Positions 37,666 to 48,965 of a DNA stretch of 64,000 bases are shown here, piece by piece (position 1 is the first letter of the stretch; every line of letters begins with the position of its first letter). The DNA is from Geosiphon pyriformis uo1. Taxonomy: Eukaryota; Fungi; Glomeromycota. The stretch is from positions 124,001 through 188,000 of the forward strand of contig JAAOMT010000352.1 in the NCBI GenBank assembly GCA_016748015.1. Direction: 5' to 3'. Position numbers and translations under genes: made by a program. The notes under the pieces were generated by a model. The model saw nothing but the letters and a program-made list of their open reading frames with translations. It ran no database searches and had not been told where the DNA came from.

Positions 37666-39042
37666 ATAAATATCCAAAAATATTAACAACTCTAACACTA
37701 TATTAATACCCAGCAGTTCAAGAAAAAATTATTTCCAAAAGAATAAAACCATATTAAACAACAATCCAAATATTTTATTATTCACCAAAATATACTTTAT
37801 TGGAAAAACAAAAAAAATTCAGATCAACCAATTAGGGTAATTACAGAACCAGAAAAAGAAATAATATTATTCAACATGCACTCTGATCCAACAGCAGAAC
37901 ATTTTCACAAAGAAGCAATTATAAAAAGAATTAGAAAAAGATACTATTGGCCATCTATGCATCCAGACATCATCCAATATATACAAAATTGTGATGCTTG
38001 TCAGAAAAAAAGAGGAACAAAACCCAGTGAGCCATTGAGACCAATCAAAATGAGACAACCATTTAATTGCATTGGAATTAACTTAGTTGAACCATTAATA
38101 ATTACCAGCAAAGGCAACAGATATATTGCAGTAGTTATAGATTATCTCACTAAATGACCAAAAGCTAAAGCTATTCAAAGAGCAGATGCAGAATTCATTG
38201 CCAAATTCATCCACCAAAATTTGATTTGTCAATACAGATACTCAAAAAAACTACTATCCAACCAAAAAACTCATTTTGTAAATAAAATATTAGCAGAATT
38301 AAGTCAAAGATTTGGAATAAAAAGACCATTATTATCACCATATCATCTACAAACCAATAGCTTAGTTGAAAGATTCAATAGAACATTATATAAAGCAATC
38401 GCCAAAATTAGCTAAAAAAATCAAGACAAATAAGATTTGTTTATACTATTAGTATTATTTGCTTATCGAACAATAAAATAAGATACTACACAAACAACAC
38501 TATTTAAACTAGTGTACAGTAAAACAACAACACTACCAGTGGAAATAAAAATCAGTAGGTATCCAACTGAACCAATAAAAGAAGACAACTTCCAAGAAAC
38601 ATTATTGAAAAAAACATATGACTTAATAGAAACACTAGAAAACAAATAAAGAAGAACAGCTGATAATATTCAAAAGTTACAAGAAAAACAAAAAAAAAAC
38701 ATAATAACCAACTACCAGATAAACTAATTGAATTCAGAATTGGAGACAAAATACTTCTATATTATACCAAAGTGGAAAAACAATAGAGTAGAAAATTTGA
38801 TCCCAAATGAGATAGACCATTTTACATAGAAGAAATTCTAAAAAATAGAGCTTATAAATTAAGATGGGACAACAAAATCTTAGCCAAAGCAGCACATGGT
38901 GATTGACTAAAATCATATTACAATATAATATTATTATCTACCAGTAATATTCCACAGTTAGAAGTACAGAAAATACTAGTTTGACCAAATGAGATTCCAC
39001 AAGATCTAGAACCAATCATTATTATCAACACCAACACATTAA
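37666..39042 (+). pseudogene. Family B integrase
   Basis: ORFs 37876-38157 (HSDPTAEH...CDAC) and 38221-38415 (LVERFN). Confidence 0.9.
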
Positions 39043-39680
39043 ATGGAACAACTAAAAGAATATAAAGACATTGTAGATATGATAAAAGACATCAGAAAAA
39101 TGGAAATTACTAATAATATTCACTAGTACAACAACTTTTTTAACTAATTTAACAACAAGAAATGGAAATTACAATTAATCAACAAATCATCAGATACAAA
39201 AACACCAGAAAAAGATCACAAAATAAAATACAGAGAAAAACAAAAAACACTATTGACAAAATAAACACAACCAAAAGTTATCTAATATTAAGAGTTGACA
39301 ATAGAAACATGAAATTGGTGGACACAACAATTTCCAAGAAACTTTTGTTATTTTCACTTGAGACAACATCTGAATATTCAGGACTTATATACAGATAAAA
39401 CAAAACAATTATTCAACACAACAATACTACAGCAACTTAAACAATTTGTGGAAAAGAACAATCTAATAACACAAGCAAGAACCATCTATTAATTACAAGT
39501 TGGATTTCAAGACTGACCAGAAATCTTACTCAATTCAGCAATAGACACCATTACTATTAACCAAATGAGAAAAATAACTAATGTCCAATTTGAAAAATTA
39601 CAGAACAAGATAATACAAGTAATTCTCAAAAAAGAAGTTCAAGAAATACTTAAAGATAGAGATAGAATTAGGGAATCTTG
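39043..39680 (+). pseudogene. Family B ORF-X, disrupted
   Basis: ATG at 39043; reads FPRNFCYFHLRQHL...QARTIY.LQ...ITINQMRKITNVQFEKL. Confidence 0.72.
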
Positions 39681-39710
39681 ATGGAGCTCAATATTAAAAG
39701 AAAGAAATAA

Positions 39711-40577
39711 TGTTACTCATAGAATATAAAAAGTATATTAGTATATAATTAGCCAATTAGAGGTAGATGTAATAAATGTAAAATTCCAGGATTCCTTTCA
39801 AAGAAATTGCAGGATTCTAGGAATTTTAGAATTCTTGTATAAGGAATTGCAAGATTTCAGAATTCCAGAATTTTTCTTAAAGAAATTCTAAAATTCCAAA
39901 AATTTCAGGATTCCTGATGTGAAAAATTGAGAAATTGAAAAATTTTGATTATGTATATATAACAGTAATATTAGAAATAGAAAAAACAAAATTTTTAGTT
40001 TAGATTTCATCTAAGCAATTTTCTAATTCACAAATATCAATAAATAAGTATTTGTTCTCTTAATCCACTCATCCATTATCAACACTTTATGTTGATAGTA
40101 ACTGATACTTAACCCCACTGGAACAATAGCTTTTGATCACAGCTATTGACAAAATACTAATATTCATTGTCTTGGCTTATTTCTTTCTTTTCTTTTATCT
40201 TTTTTTCTTATTTTTCTTTATTTTATTTTCTGTCTTTATTTATTTTTATTAACTTGATTAAAAAGATTAACATGTAAAGATACTGACATCAGGATATAAG
40301 TAATTGGTAAAAGACTCAGAAATAAGAGTAGAACACTCGATTGAGGATAGCTTACTAAAAGGATTACCAGTTATTATGCTGAGAAAAAAATTTGATAGAA
40401 TTGTGGTTCTGGAAAGTTATGGATAAAACAATAAGTAAATCTCTGTTCATTATACAAAAGACTTAACCAAAACCTTCAGATACCAAAATTTTCAGATATT
40501 ACCAATGAGATTAGTTATTGAGCACTAAATTATGGATTTGTTATTTAATTTGAGACTCCAAATAATCACCTGTAATA
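39711..40577 (+). repeat. Family B 3' LTR
   Basis: Direct repeat of 30911-31654 with a longer GAATTC-type array. Confidence 0.95.
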
Positions 40578-41262
40578 ACATCATAAACTTTTTTCTCCTT
40601 ATCACTCTCAAACAAATGGCCTAATAGAACATTATATGAAACCTTAGCCAAACCAGTAAAGAAATAAACTTATAAGACAAAGTACTGCCTTCAGCTTTGT
40701 TTGCTTATAGAACTGTAAATTATGACATAACAAATTATGAATTTTTTTATCTGCTTTATAGACATATGACAACACTACCAATAAAAACTAACATTGAAAC
40801 AATACCCTTTAAAAAAATTACAATAGGAAATTATAAAAACATTTTGCAAAAAAGACTTGATACTATTCTTAACTCTTTAGTAGAAGCACAAATAATTGCT
40901 TTTGAAAAGATAAAACAGTTCCAAGAAAAGCTTAAGAAAAAAAACTTATAAATACTTTTCTTAAATATTGATAATTTAGTATTGGAATACTGTTTAAACA
41001 GAGACAATATTTATAATGATAAATTCTCTAGCCAGTAAAAAAGATCTTTTTTAGTCAATAAAGTTTTGAACAATAGTTCTTATATTTTTCAAGATTAATT
41101 TGAAACAATCTTTAATAATTGTTCTGTTCATAGTATATAACTTAAGAAATATTATAAATGATCTGATTGGTTGCCTGTTGTGGTAATATTGACTCAAATA
41201 ATCAGCAAAAATTAAGTATAAATAAATGCATTATTCCCAAAACAAAGATATCTTCAATTGAC

Positions 41263-41888
41263 ATGAATAATTATTTTCTGAATTAAAACATTCAAAATGT
41301 CTTCTATATTTTCTATGAGTATTGGATCAAAAACTATCCAAATACTACTCTGACTATTGGAAAACAGACTACTATAACTGATAACAGTGGAACACATACT
41401 GTTATTAGACCAAAAAAAACCACTACCAGAAGAGAAAAAATTGGTAGCAAAATAGATAAATATCTGTTGGAAAGTATAACAACAGCTATATTTCTATTTT
41501 CCAGCACAATTAGAAAACTACTTTAAGAAATCTTATCTATAGACAAAAACTTGTCATATAGAAAGCAATTAGAACTCTATGGTTGTCTTAGTAAAATTAT
41601 TGAGGACATAAAACTAATAAAAAAAACAACTTTAGAGATACAGACAGAAATTTTGGACATTATACGATTAGATGTCTCAAGAGTTTTAACTATTGCTAAA
41701 AGAGCCAAAACTTTAATACAAAGATTTAATCTCTTAAATATGAAACTCATTTCATCTTAAATATTATATACTTTATTTACCAAAGATTTTAATAAACTAG
41801 TTAGTTTTGAATTAGACAAAACTTTTTAAATAGATTATTCCATGAATAGCTTGATTTTGCCAGAGCTCAATCTCTTTAAAAAGGATAA
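41263..41888 (+). pseudogene. Family A ORF-X, second copy
   Basis: ORF 41551-41760 matches 16860-17070. Confidence 0.8.
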
Positions 41889-42659
41889 TATTATGATTAA
41901 AACTCACATTTTTTATTAGTTATCACATATATTAGCCATTAATATTATATAATTAGCCACCCTATTTTAAATAATAATCATTGATCTGATCAATAACCTG
42001 ACCATTAACCTGACTGTTAACCTAATCATTAATTTGACCATTAACCTAATCAATAACTTGATCATTAACCTAATTATTGATCTGATTATTAATCTAATTA
42101 TTGATCTGATCATTAACCACTTTTGATAACTATATAAACAATAAATTTCTTAACTGTAAAATGGCATGTTAGAATACAAGACATGTTAGAAATCAAAGAA
42201 ATAAAATAACAACTTTTATCTCAATTCTTCTCTTATTGCTAATTTCTTTTTTTCTTATTTTTAAATATCTGAACATCTTAAGATAAAAGATTACTTGTTG
42301 GTTATTTTCTACCTTTTCCTGAAAACATATAATTGTAGTATTTAAAGATTATTGAATAAAATATAACTAAAAAATACATCTAATACCTGATATTAAATTT
42401 TAAAAGCACTGACATGAGGCATAAAATTATATTAGATGTGATTATTTGTTGACAGTACAGATTATTCCTCTACCTTCAGATTCCCCAGTTATTTTTTGAA
42501 AAGAATAGTGACTGAGATATTTTATGAGACTGATTTCATACATTGAATTCATACTCATTCAATTCACTTTTTAAAGTTGAATTCCTTTTGATTTCTTTTA
42601 TCACTCTACAATCTTGTTTTTTTTTGCTATCCATTAGCTTGTTATTTCAACTTATAACA
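41889..42659 (+). repeat. Family A 3' LTR (divergent subfamily)
   Basis: After PPT AAAAAGGATAA; about 11 array units; ends CTTATAACA. Confidence 0.9.
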
Positions 42660-43470
42660 TTATAAAAGAAATTAACATAAATAAATTGGTTTTGGTAATT
42701 AATGGTTTGCTTAATAACAAGACTATCAGACTTTTTGAAATATCTAATAAACTATAAAAGCATTGTAGTAAAGTTATAATAAAATGTTTTTTGAATTTAT
42801 TGAACTTATATTTATTTTTAATAATGTTTCAATTCTTTAGAAAAAAGCATAAGTTTTAATAATCTTTAAACTTTACAAGTAAAATAATGTTTTAATAAAT
42901 ATTCAATCTATTATACTAATTGAAACAGCTAGGAAAATTTTGTCTAAAATTTTTTTGATCAGATATTTTTTATGATGATAATTTTTTGGTGTTAAAAAAT
43001 ATTTCAACTTAGTTTTTTGCTTTTATTGTTGGTTTAATGATTAAGAATACTATGAAAAAAAACAAAAAACTTTAATTGGTTTTACAAGATATGTGCAAAG
43101 CTTATAACTTAGTTAGATAATATTATCTAAGAATTAACTTATAATATATTAAGATATGTAATCAGTTATTAAGTTTTTTGACAATATACATAATAATTAA
43201 TTTTAGGCTTTTGAATAAATACAAAATACATAATAGACTGGATCAGAGTAAGTTTTTTTCTTTTTTTCTTTAAATGATTTTTTATAATTTTTTCTTGTGT
43301 AAAGTCAAAAGACATAAACATTTGTATAAGTATTAAATTAATGCTAAATTTGTGACCAAAACTAGTAAGATAGAAAACAGTAAAAAAAAAATGTTATTTT
43401 TTGCTGTAAATATTTTTGTTGATGACACAATTTATGTCAAGAGTAATCAAACTTCAACACAGCATATTTT
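42660..43470 (+). pseudogene. Non-LTR retrotransposon (LINE) reverse transcriptase remnant
   Basis: Hand translation: ILIETARKILSKI (RPI.L region), LVLQDMCKAYN (D..KA.D), LDQ (G..QG), FVDDTI at 43415; absent from the ORF track because of stops. Confidence 0.82.
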
Positions 43471-45542
43471 AGATATTGGTGAGTATTGTTCTTTATCCAA
43501 AAATTTTATTAAGACAAAATAGTTATCCAAGTCCATTATTGTGTTTGTTTGTAAAGAAGTTACTAATAATTAGATTGGTTTGGTTTAAGAAGGTTGTACT
43601 GTTATTGGATAATAAGTCTAAAGAAAGTGTTAGTGTTTTAATGATTAACTCTTTTGCAATATTAAATATCATAGTCAATTTTATCTAGATAAAATATTTA
43701 ATAAGTTATTCATTTATATTCCAGCTTTTTTTTGTTGCATAGTCAAATCAAGACTTGGTATCTGTTATCACTAGGAATTTTATACTAAGAAAATATTGAT
43801 CTTAATAACTAGTAGTTCAAACTACTATTAAACATTCTTGTTTAGTAATTAAGTAGTTTTTTTCTGCTGGTGTGAAAGATCTATTGACATATGCTATAGC
43901 ATGTTTTCTGTTATCTTCATTTTTTTGTGAAAGAACAGTGATACATTAGTGTACAAAATAAAAAGTTGGTCCAGATCAAGTTGTTTACGAATTGGTTTAG
44001 TAACAAGTTTTTTCTTTAAAGTTTCAAAAGCTTTTTGTTAATAAGTGTCTTAGTAATAGTTAACATTTTTTCTGAGTAGCTGATTAAAAGAAAAAACAAT
44101 TTTGGAGAAATTTGTGATAGTAAGAAGCCAAACCAAGAAAAAAATATAGTTTAGAAATATTTATTAGTTGTCTAATGTTCTGGATCTTTTTAACTTTAGC
44201 TGAATTAAGGAAGATTCTGTTTTTTGTAATAAGATAACCAAAAAACTGGGTGGATTGTTATCCAAAAAAAAATTTGATTGGATTGATCTTGAGACCAGCA
44301 TTTCTAAAGAGGTCAAAAACCTTTTGTAAATGTTTTAAATATTTATTCCAAGTTTTTGAATATACTATTATGTCATCCAAATAGACCAGAACAAAGTTTT
44401 TTTTACTGATTCAAATACTTTGTTCATTAGACATTAAAAAGTGAAAGAGACATTGATAAGACCAAAAAACATGACTGTAAATTCATAGGTGCTGTACTTG
44501 GTAATAAAAGCTGTTTTTTTTCTGCTTTTGGATCTATCTCTACTTGCCAAAATTCAGCAGTTAAGTCAATAGTTGAAAAAAAAGCAGCACTATTGAATTT
44601 GTCTAGCATTGCATCAATCTTGGAAAGTGAGTACATGTTTCTTATAATGATAGTATTTAATTAACAATAGTCAACACAAAAGTGTAGGGTTTTATCTTTC
44701 TTAAATATTACTATAATTAAAAAAGCCTATTCACTTTTGGTTTTTTGTATAAATTCAAGGTTTTTTATTTGGTTTATTTCTTTTTTGATGAACTTATTAT
44801 TGTGTTAATTAACTTGATATGACTTTAAATAGATGAGATAAGTTTCTTTGATGGTAATAATGTGTTGTATCACATGGATTTGTTCAGAAATATCACTTTT
44901 TTTTGAGATAACTGGGCTATTTCTAGCCAACAGATTTTCAATGTCTACTTTTTTTCTTTAGGGGAGGGTTTTTTTTGTTCTACTGTAAATGATTGAATTT
45001 CAGATAATTCATTCTCAAAGAACTTTTGTACTTTTTTTAGTTTTTTTCTTGGTATTAGGCTAATGGATTCTCAATCTTTGTAGTAGATTAAGCAAGATTT
45101 GCATTCATCACTAAGAAAATACAAGAGTTTATTACACTAGCACTAGGCACAAGAGCCATATTATCAATAACTGTATTTTGCTTTTTGTCAGATTTTCTAT
45201 TGAAGGGTTTTCTAAGAATATCATAGTAAAGCCAACAGATTAACTTGTTATTTACAATAATTCTTTCTTTGTTAACTTTAACATTGTCTAGTGACTTGTT
45301 ATTGCTAATAAAAATAGTATAGACAAGTTTAGCAGTTTTTTTTTGTTCTTCTTAATCTTTTTTTTCATCACTTTCTTCATTATTTAATTTATCTAATTGC
45401 TCATTTTCTTGATTTTGCTTGGTTACTGAAAGAGTTGTCCAATAACAATACTTAACCACAATAGACTTTTTATTACATCTGATAATTAGCTTACAAAATT
45501 TATAATCAAAAAGTGCTTTGGCTTTTTTAAATCATTCATTGC
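43471..45542 (-). pseudogene. pol: Family A pol fragment (protease end to integrase start)
   Basis: Reverse complement colinear with 13180-15290; ORF 44427-44636; YLDD near 44375. Confidence 0.9.
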
Positions 45543-46524
45543 TGTTACTGGAGGTTTTTGGTCTCTTTTCTGTAATGTTGTTGATACTTATTTGCTGTGA
45601 ATTCACGTTTTCTGGATGTGGTTGAACCTTCAGTAACTGAATTTATCTTCAAATTATTTCCTATAATTTGAACTGCTGGGGTTATAAGTGGAATGGCCAA
45701 TTCCTTGCCAGTTACTTTATGTAGTTACATTGTAGTAAATGTCAACTCTTTCCCAGGAATTGCTCGTTTGGAAGCTCACTAAAATGTATAGTTACTTTGC
45801 TGTGAAAGTCAATTCTTCTACAGGAATCTCATCTGTAGGCTACCCTAATGATTGTAATAAGAAAAGAAAAGGAAAATAAAAGAAATGTAAACGAAAAATA
45901 GAATTTTGTCAAGAGAAATGTTTTCTATCCAGGCCTGGAATCACTAACAGTTTACTGAAATTGGTAGCTAATCAATTTCGAAATGTTAGTTGGGTTTTGG
46001 GGATTTTCCAAGTACAATAATTAAAGAATTTGGTTTTTTGAATTATTTGATATTTATTTCTTTTTGTGTGTGTAAGAATAGTCCTAAGTGATAAGTCTAA
46101 AGTAAGATACATTTTCTCAAAGAGAGAAGCTTTTCTTTTATACAACTTGTTATAACACTATTCTATGAACTTGAACTTTGCTATTTTCTACAATTTCACT
46201 GAACTAAAGATACATTTCGGCGAACTACAAGTTATTTCTGCAAACTTATTAGATATTTCAGTGAACTATCAATTATTTCAGTGAATTTCTATAAATTTTG
46301 GCGAACTTTTGAATGTTACATAGTTTGGGGTATTGCATAATTGATTATCGTAATTAAGTTATATTTGTGTTGTGTACAATTTGGGTTATTAATTAAATGA
46401 TAATTTCGGACATTCTTTACTAATGTAATAAGTGATAATTTGAAACGATAATATATGCTAATTAATGATAGGAATTATAAGATAGTTTCATGCTAAATGA
46501 TATCTCTAATTTCGTCTGGTAACA
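45543..46524 (-). repeat. Family C 3' LTR
   Basis: TGTTAC ends, PPT GAGGAGGAGG adjacent (46528-46537), homologous to 62599-63538; ~21-bp ATTTCNNNGAAC repeats at 46190-46310. Confidence 0.9.
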
Positions 46525-47212
46525 TAACCTCCTCCTCAAGACTGAGCTCCATCAAAGTCCAAGTACTGTCTGTTATTTCCAGATAATAATCCAAAATTAT
46601 TGAAGAAATTTGGTCTGAAAATTGTTGAAATTTCAGTTCTGTAAGCTTTCCAATGTATTGAATCTTCAAAGGTTGAAAAATTGGGTTTTGTAGTATGTTT
46701 TCACAGGTGTGGAATAGGTCATAAAGTCTAAGAGCAGCTCTAAGCCTGTAGCGACTGTTTGTTGATCCAGCTGTTGTCTTGAATTCGTTGTGGAGTTGTT
46801 TCTGAATAGCTTCTTTTGTGAAGTTTGCTGTTGTAAGTTCCAGTTTCTGTTCATAGAGTGTTTTTCCAATGTGAAAATATCTATAGATTGGAGGATATTC
46901 AGTGTTTTCCTCATTGAGACACAGTTGAAGTTTTTGTTGAATTGTAGCATTTGGTGGAATACTAATCGGAGTGAGCATTAGGTTTTCTCTTAAAGCAAGC
47001 TTTAAAAGTTCTGGCAAATAAATTCCAGTATAACTTCTTGTGTTCTTTTTATACGGGTGATATTTTTGTGAATTTGGGGCTAAATTTGTAACTACTTTTG
47101 TTTGGGTATAATTTATGTGGTTTCCAGTAACAGTAATGGATAATTTGGGTATTGTTTTTAAAGCTAACATTAGTTTTTGGGATAATTGTTGAATGTTTTG
47201 AGGAATAGTCAT
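46493..47212 (-). CDS. Family C ORF-X, intact unknown ~239-aa protein
   Basis: Open frame between the integrase stop and the LTR; YRYFHIG, AALRLYDLF, IGKLTELKFQQF. Confidence 0.8.
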   Translation of the reverse strand: MTIPQNIQQLSQKLMLALKTIPKLSITVTGNHINYTQTKVVTNLAPNSQKYHPYKKNTRSYTGIYLPELLKLALRENLMLTPISIPPNATIQQKLQLCLNEENTEYPPIYRYFHIGKTLYEQKLELTTANFTKEAIQKQLHNEFKTTAGSTNSRYRLRAALRLYDLFHTCENILQNPIFQPLKIQYIGKLTELKFQQFSDQISSIILDYYLEITDSTWTLMELSLEEEVMLPDEIRDII

Positions 47213-47330
47213 TATAAGCAATTAAAAAACTAAAAAAATTATTTTTGGTGTATGAGTTTTTATGTTATTTTTGTTTTGTTTTTTGTAAGATTGTTTTCTA
47301 AATTATAAGAGAATAACTAGTAAAATTAAA

Positions 47331-48716
47331 TTAAGTGTTCAGGTTGGAAGATTGTTCAATGACAACTATTGGTTCTAAGTTTTGGGGAATATCTTTGGGA
47401 CTGACCAAAGGGGAATGTGTACCAATTTGTGGAATTAATGGTTCAGGATTGTTTCTGGAATGATAGTGTTTCAAATGATCTCTATGTACAACTTTTGCTA
47501 GGATTTTGTCATCAAGTCTTAACTTGTATGATAAATTGCCTAGGACTTCATGGATAAAGAATGGTCTATCCCATTTATTTTCAAATTTTCCACTCCATTG
47601 TTTTTCAGCTTTAGTTCTGTGTAAAAGAACTTTGTTTCCAATTTTGAATTTATTGGTGACTGAAGGCAATTTGTCATTATGCTGTTCTTTTTGTTGAGCT
47701 TGGGAGTATTCAATATGGGTGGCTGCTATTCGTCGTTTTCCTTCCAATGTGCTAAGCAGAGTGTAGGCTCTTTGCTAAAGCGTTTCTTGGAAATTGTTTT
47801 CATCAATCGGTTGTGCTGGGTATGTTTCCACTGTGAAACTAATTGGTAACGTTGCCATCCTTTCATAAGTTAAATCAAATGGTGTGTGTTTTGTGGTATC
47901 TTGTTTTAATGTCCTATATGCTAGTAATACTGGTGGAATAAAGAGATCCCATTCTTGCTCAAAATTGGTTAAGACTTTGGCTAATGACTCACACAATGTT
48001 TTGTTAAAACGTTCTACAAGTCCATTTGTTTGTGGATGGTAGAGCAAAGACAGAGGTCTTTTAACATTAAATTGTTCACAAATTTTTTGTATCAGGTTGT
48101 TCACAAAGTGTGTTCCCTGATCAGATAAAAGTTCAATTGGACATTCATGTCTACAAATAATGTTTTTGTAGATGAAATTTGCTACTGATTTTGCATTTAC
48201 TTGTTGAATGGCTCTGGCTTCAGACCATTTAGTAAGATAGTTTACAGCTACTGCAATATAATGGTTTCCTTGAGTGGTAATAGATAGTGGTCCGACTAAA
48301 TCGATACCAACTCTGTCAAAAGGCTGTCCAACTTTGATTGAATTTAAAGATTCTGTAGGGCGAGTTCCTCCTTTTCTTTGACAACTATCACAAGATTCGA
48401 CATATTCGTGAATGTCGTTTCTCATTCGAGGCCAAAAGTAGTATTCTAATGTTTTTTGGGTGGTGCTATCTTTTCTGAAGTGTGCTGATGAAGAATCTGA
48501 GTGCATATTGTATAAAATGGTCTCTTTTTCTTGTTCTTGTATTAATCTGAGTGGTTTGGTTGGGTTTTTGAAATTTCGATGATAGATAATGTTGTTGTGT
48601 AGAAAATATTGTTTGGCTTGTTGTTGTAACTGATGTTTTTCATCTGGGGACCAATCTGTTGGGATTGTTAATGTCTCCAAATATTGTTTGAGATTGTTGT
48701 AGTTTTTGGGGTTCAT
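47331..48716 (-). CDS. Family C integrase, stand-alone ORF (one internal stop at 47775)
   Basis: Begins MNPKNY; HSDSSSAH...CDSC, VGIDLVGP, LSDQGTHF, NGLVERFN, KWDRPF. Confidence 0.92.
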
Positions 48717-48765
48717 TGTTTGTTGTTTTGATGCTGTTAATTCAAATGGATGTTGGTTTTATTTT

Positions 48766-48965
48766 CTAATCTTGTCTCATTCTTGAGAGACAATCAACGT
48801 TGGTGTGGAGTTTTCCTGGTTTGTGGTGTACAATGTATCGGTAATTAGCTAAAAATCCTGTCCATTGGGTTTGTTTTGCGTTCAGCTGGGTGTTTTTGTT
48901 TTAAAGCCATTTAAGTCCAATATTATCAGTGATAATATCAAATTTTTTGGGTCTGAGGTAAAAGT
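48766..48965 (-). pseudogene. pol: Family C RNase H C-terminus
   Basis: FDIITDNIGLKWL...HKPGKLHTNVDCLSRMRQD*. Confidence 0.85.

Larger units (their letters stand above)
30911..40577 (+). mobile_element. Family B Ty3/Gypsy element with both LTRs, protease deleted, solo LTR inserted in RT
   Basis: LTRs 30911-31654 and 39711-40577; PBS at 31657; PPT ~39697-39710; TSD ATGT/ACAT from ACGT (empty site at 15873) in family A integrase. Confidence 0.95.
6501..42659 (+). mobile_element. Family A Ty3/Gypsy element, 5'-truncated and split by three insertions (pieces 6501-7082, 25486-25514, 26768-30910, 40578-42659)
   Basis: Host sequence resumes across each insertion with a TSD; the pieces join into gag-PR-RT(YLDD near 29382)-RH-IN-ORF-X-3' LTR, colinear with 11135-17866. 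Confidence 0.85.

Noticed and set aside
3164-42659. Pairing LTR 3164-3840 with LTR 41889-42659 as one element
   Set aside because: Flanks ATAC/TTAT do not match, the 3' halves of the LTRs diverge, gag is duplicated between them and the B host does not resume.
47331-47500. Chromodomain at the integrase C-terminus
   Set aside because: Only a short Pro-rich tail follows the GPY/F module; no chromodomain motifs.
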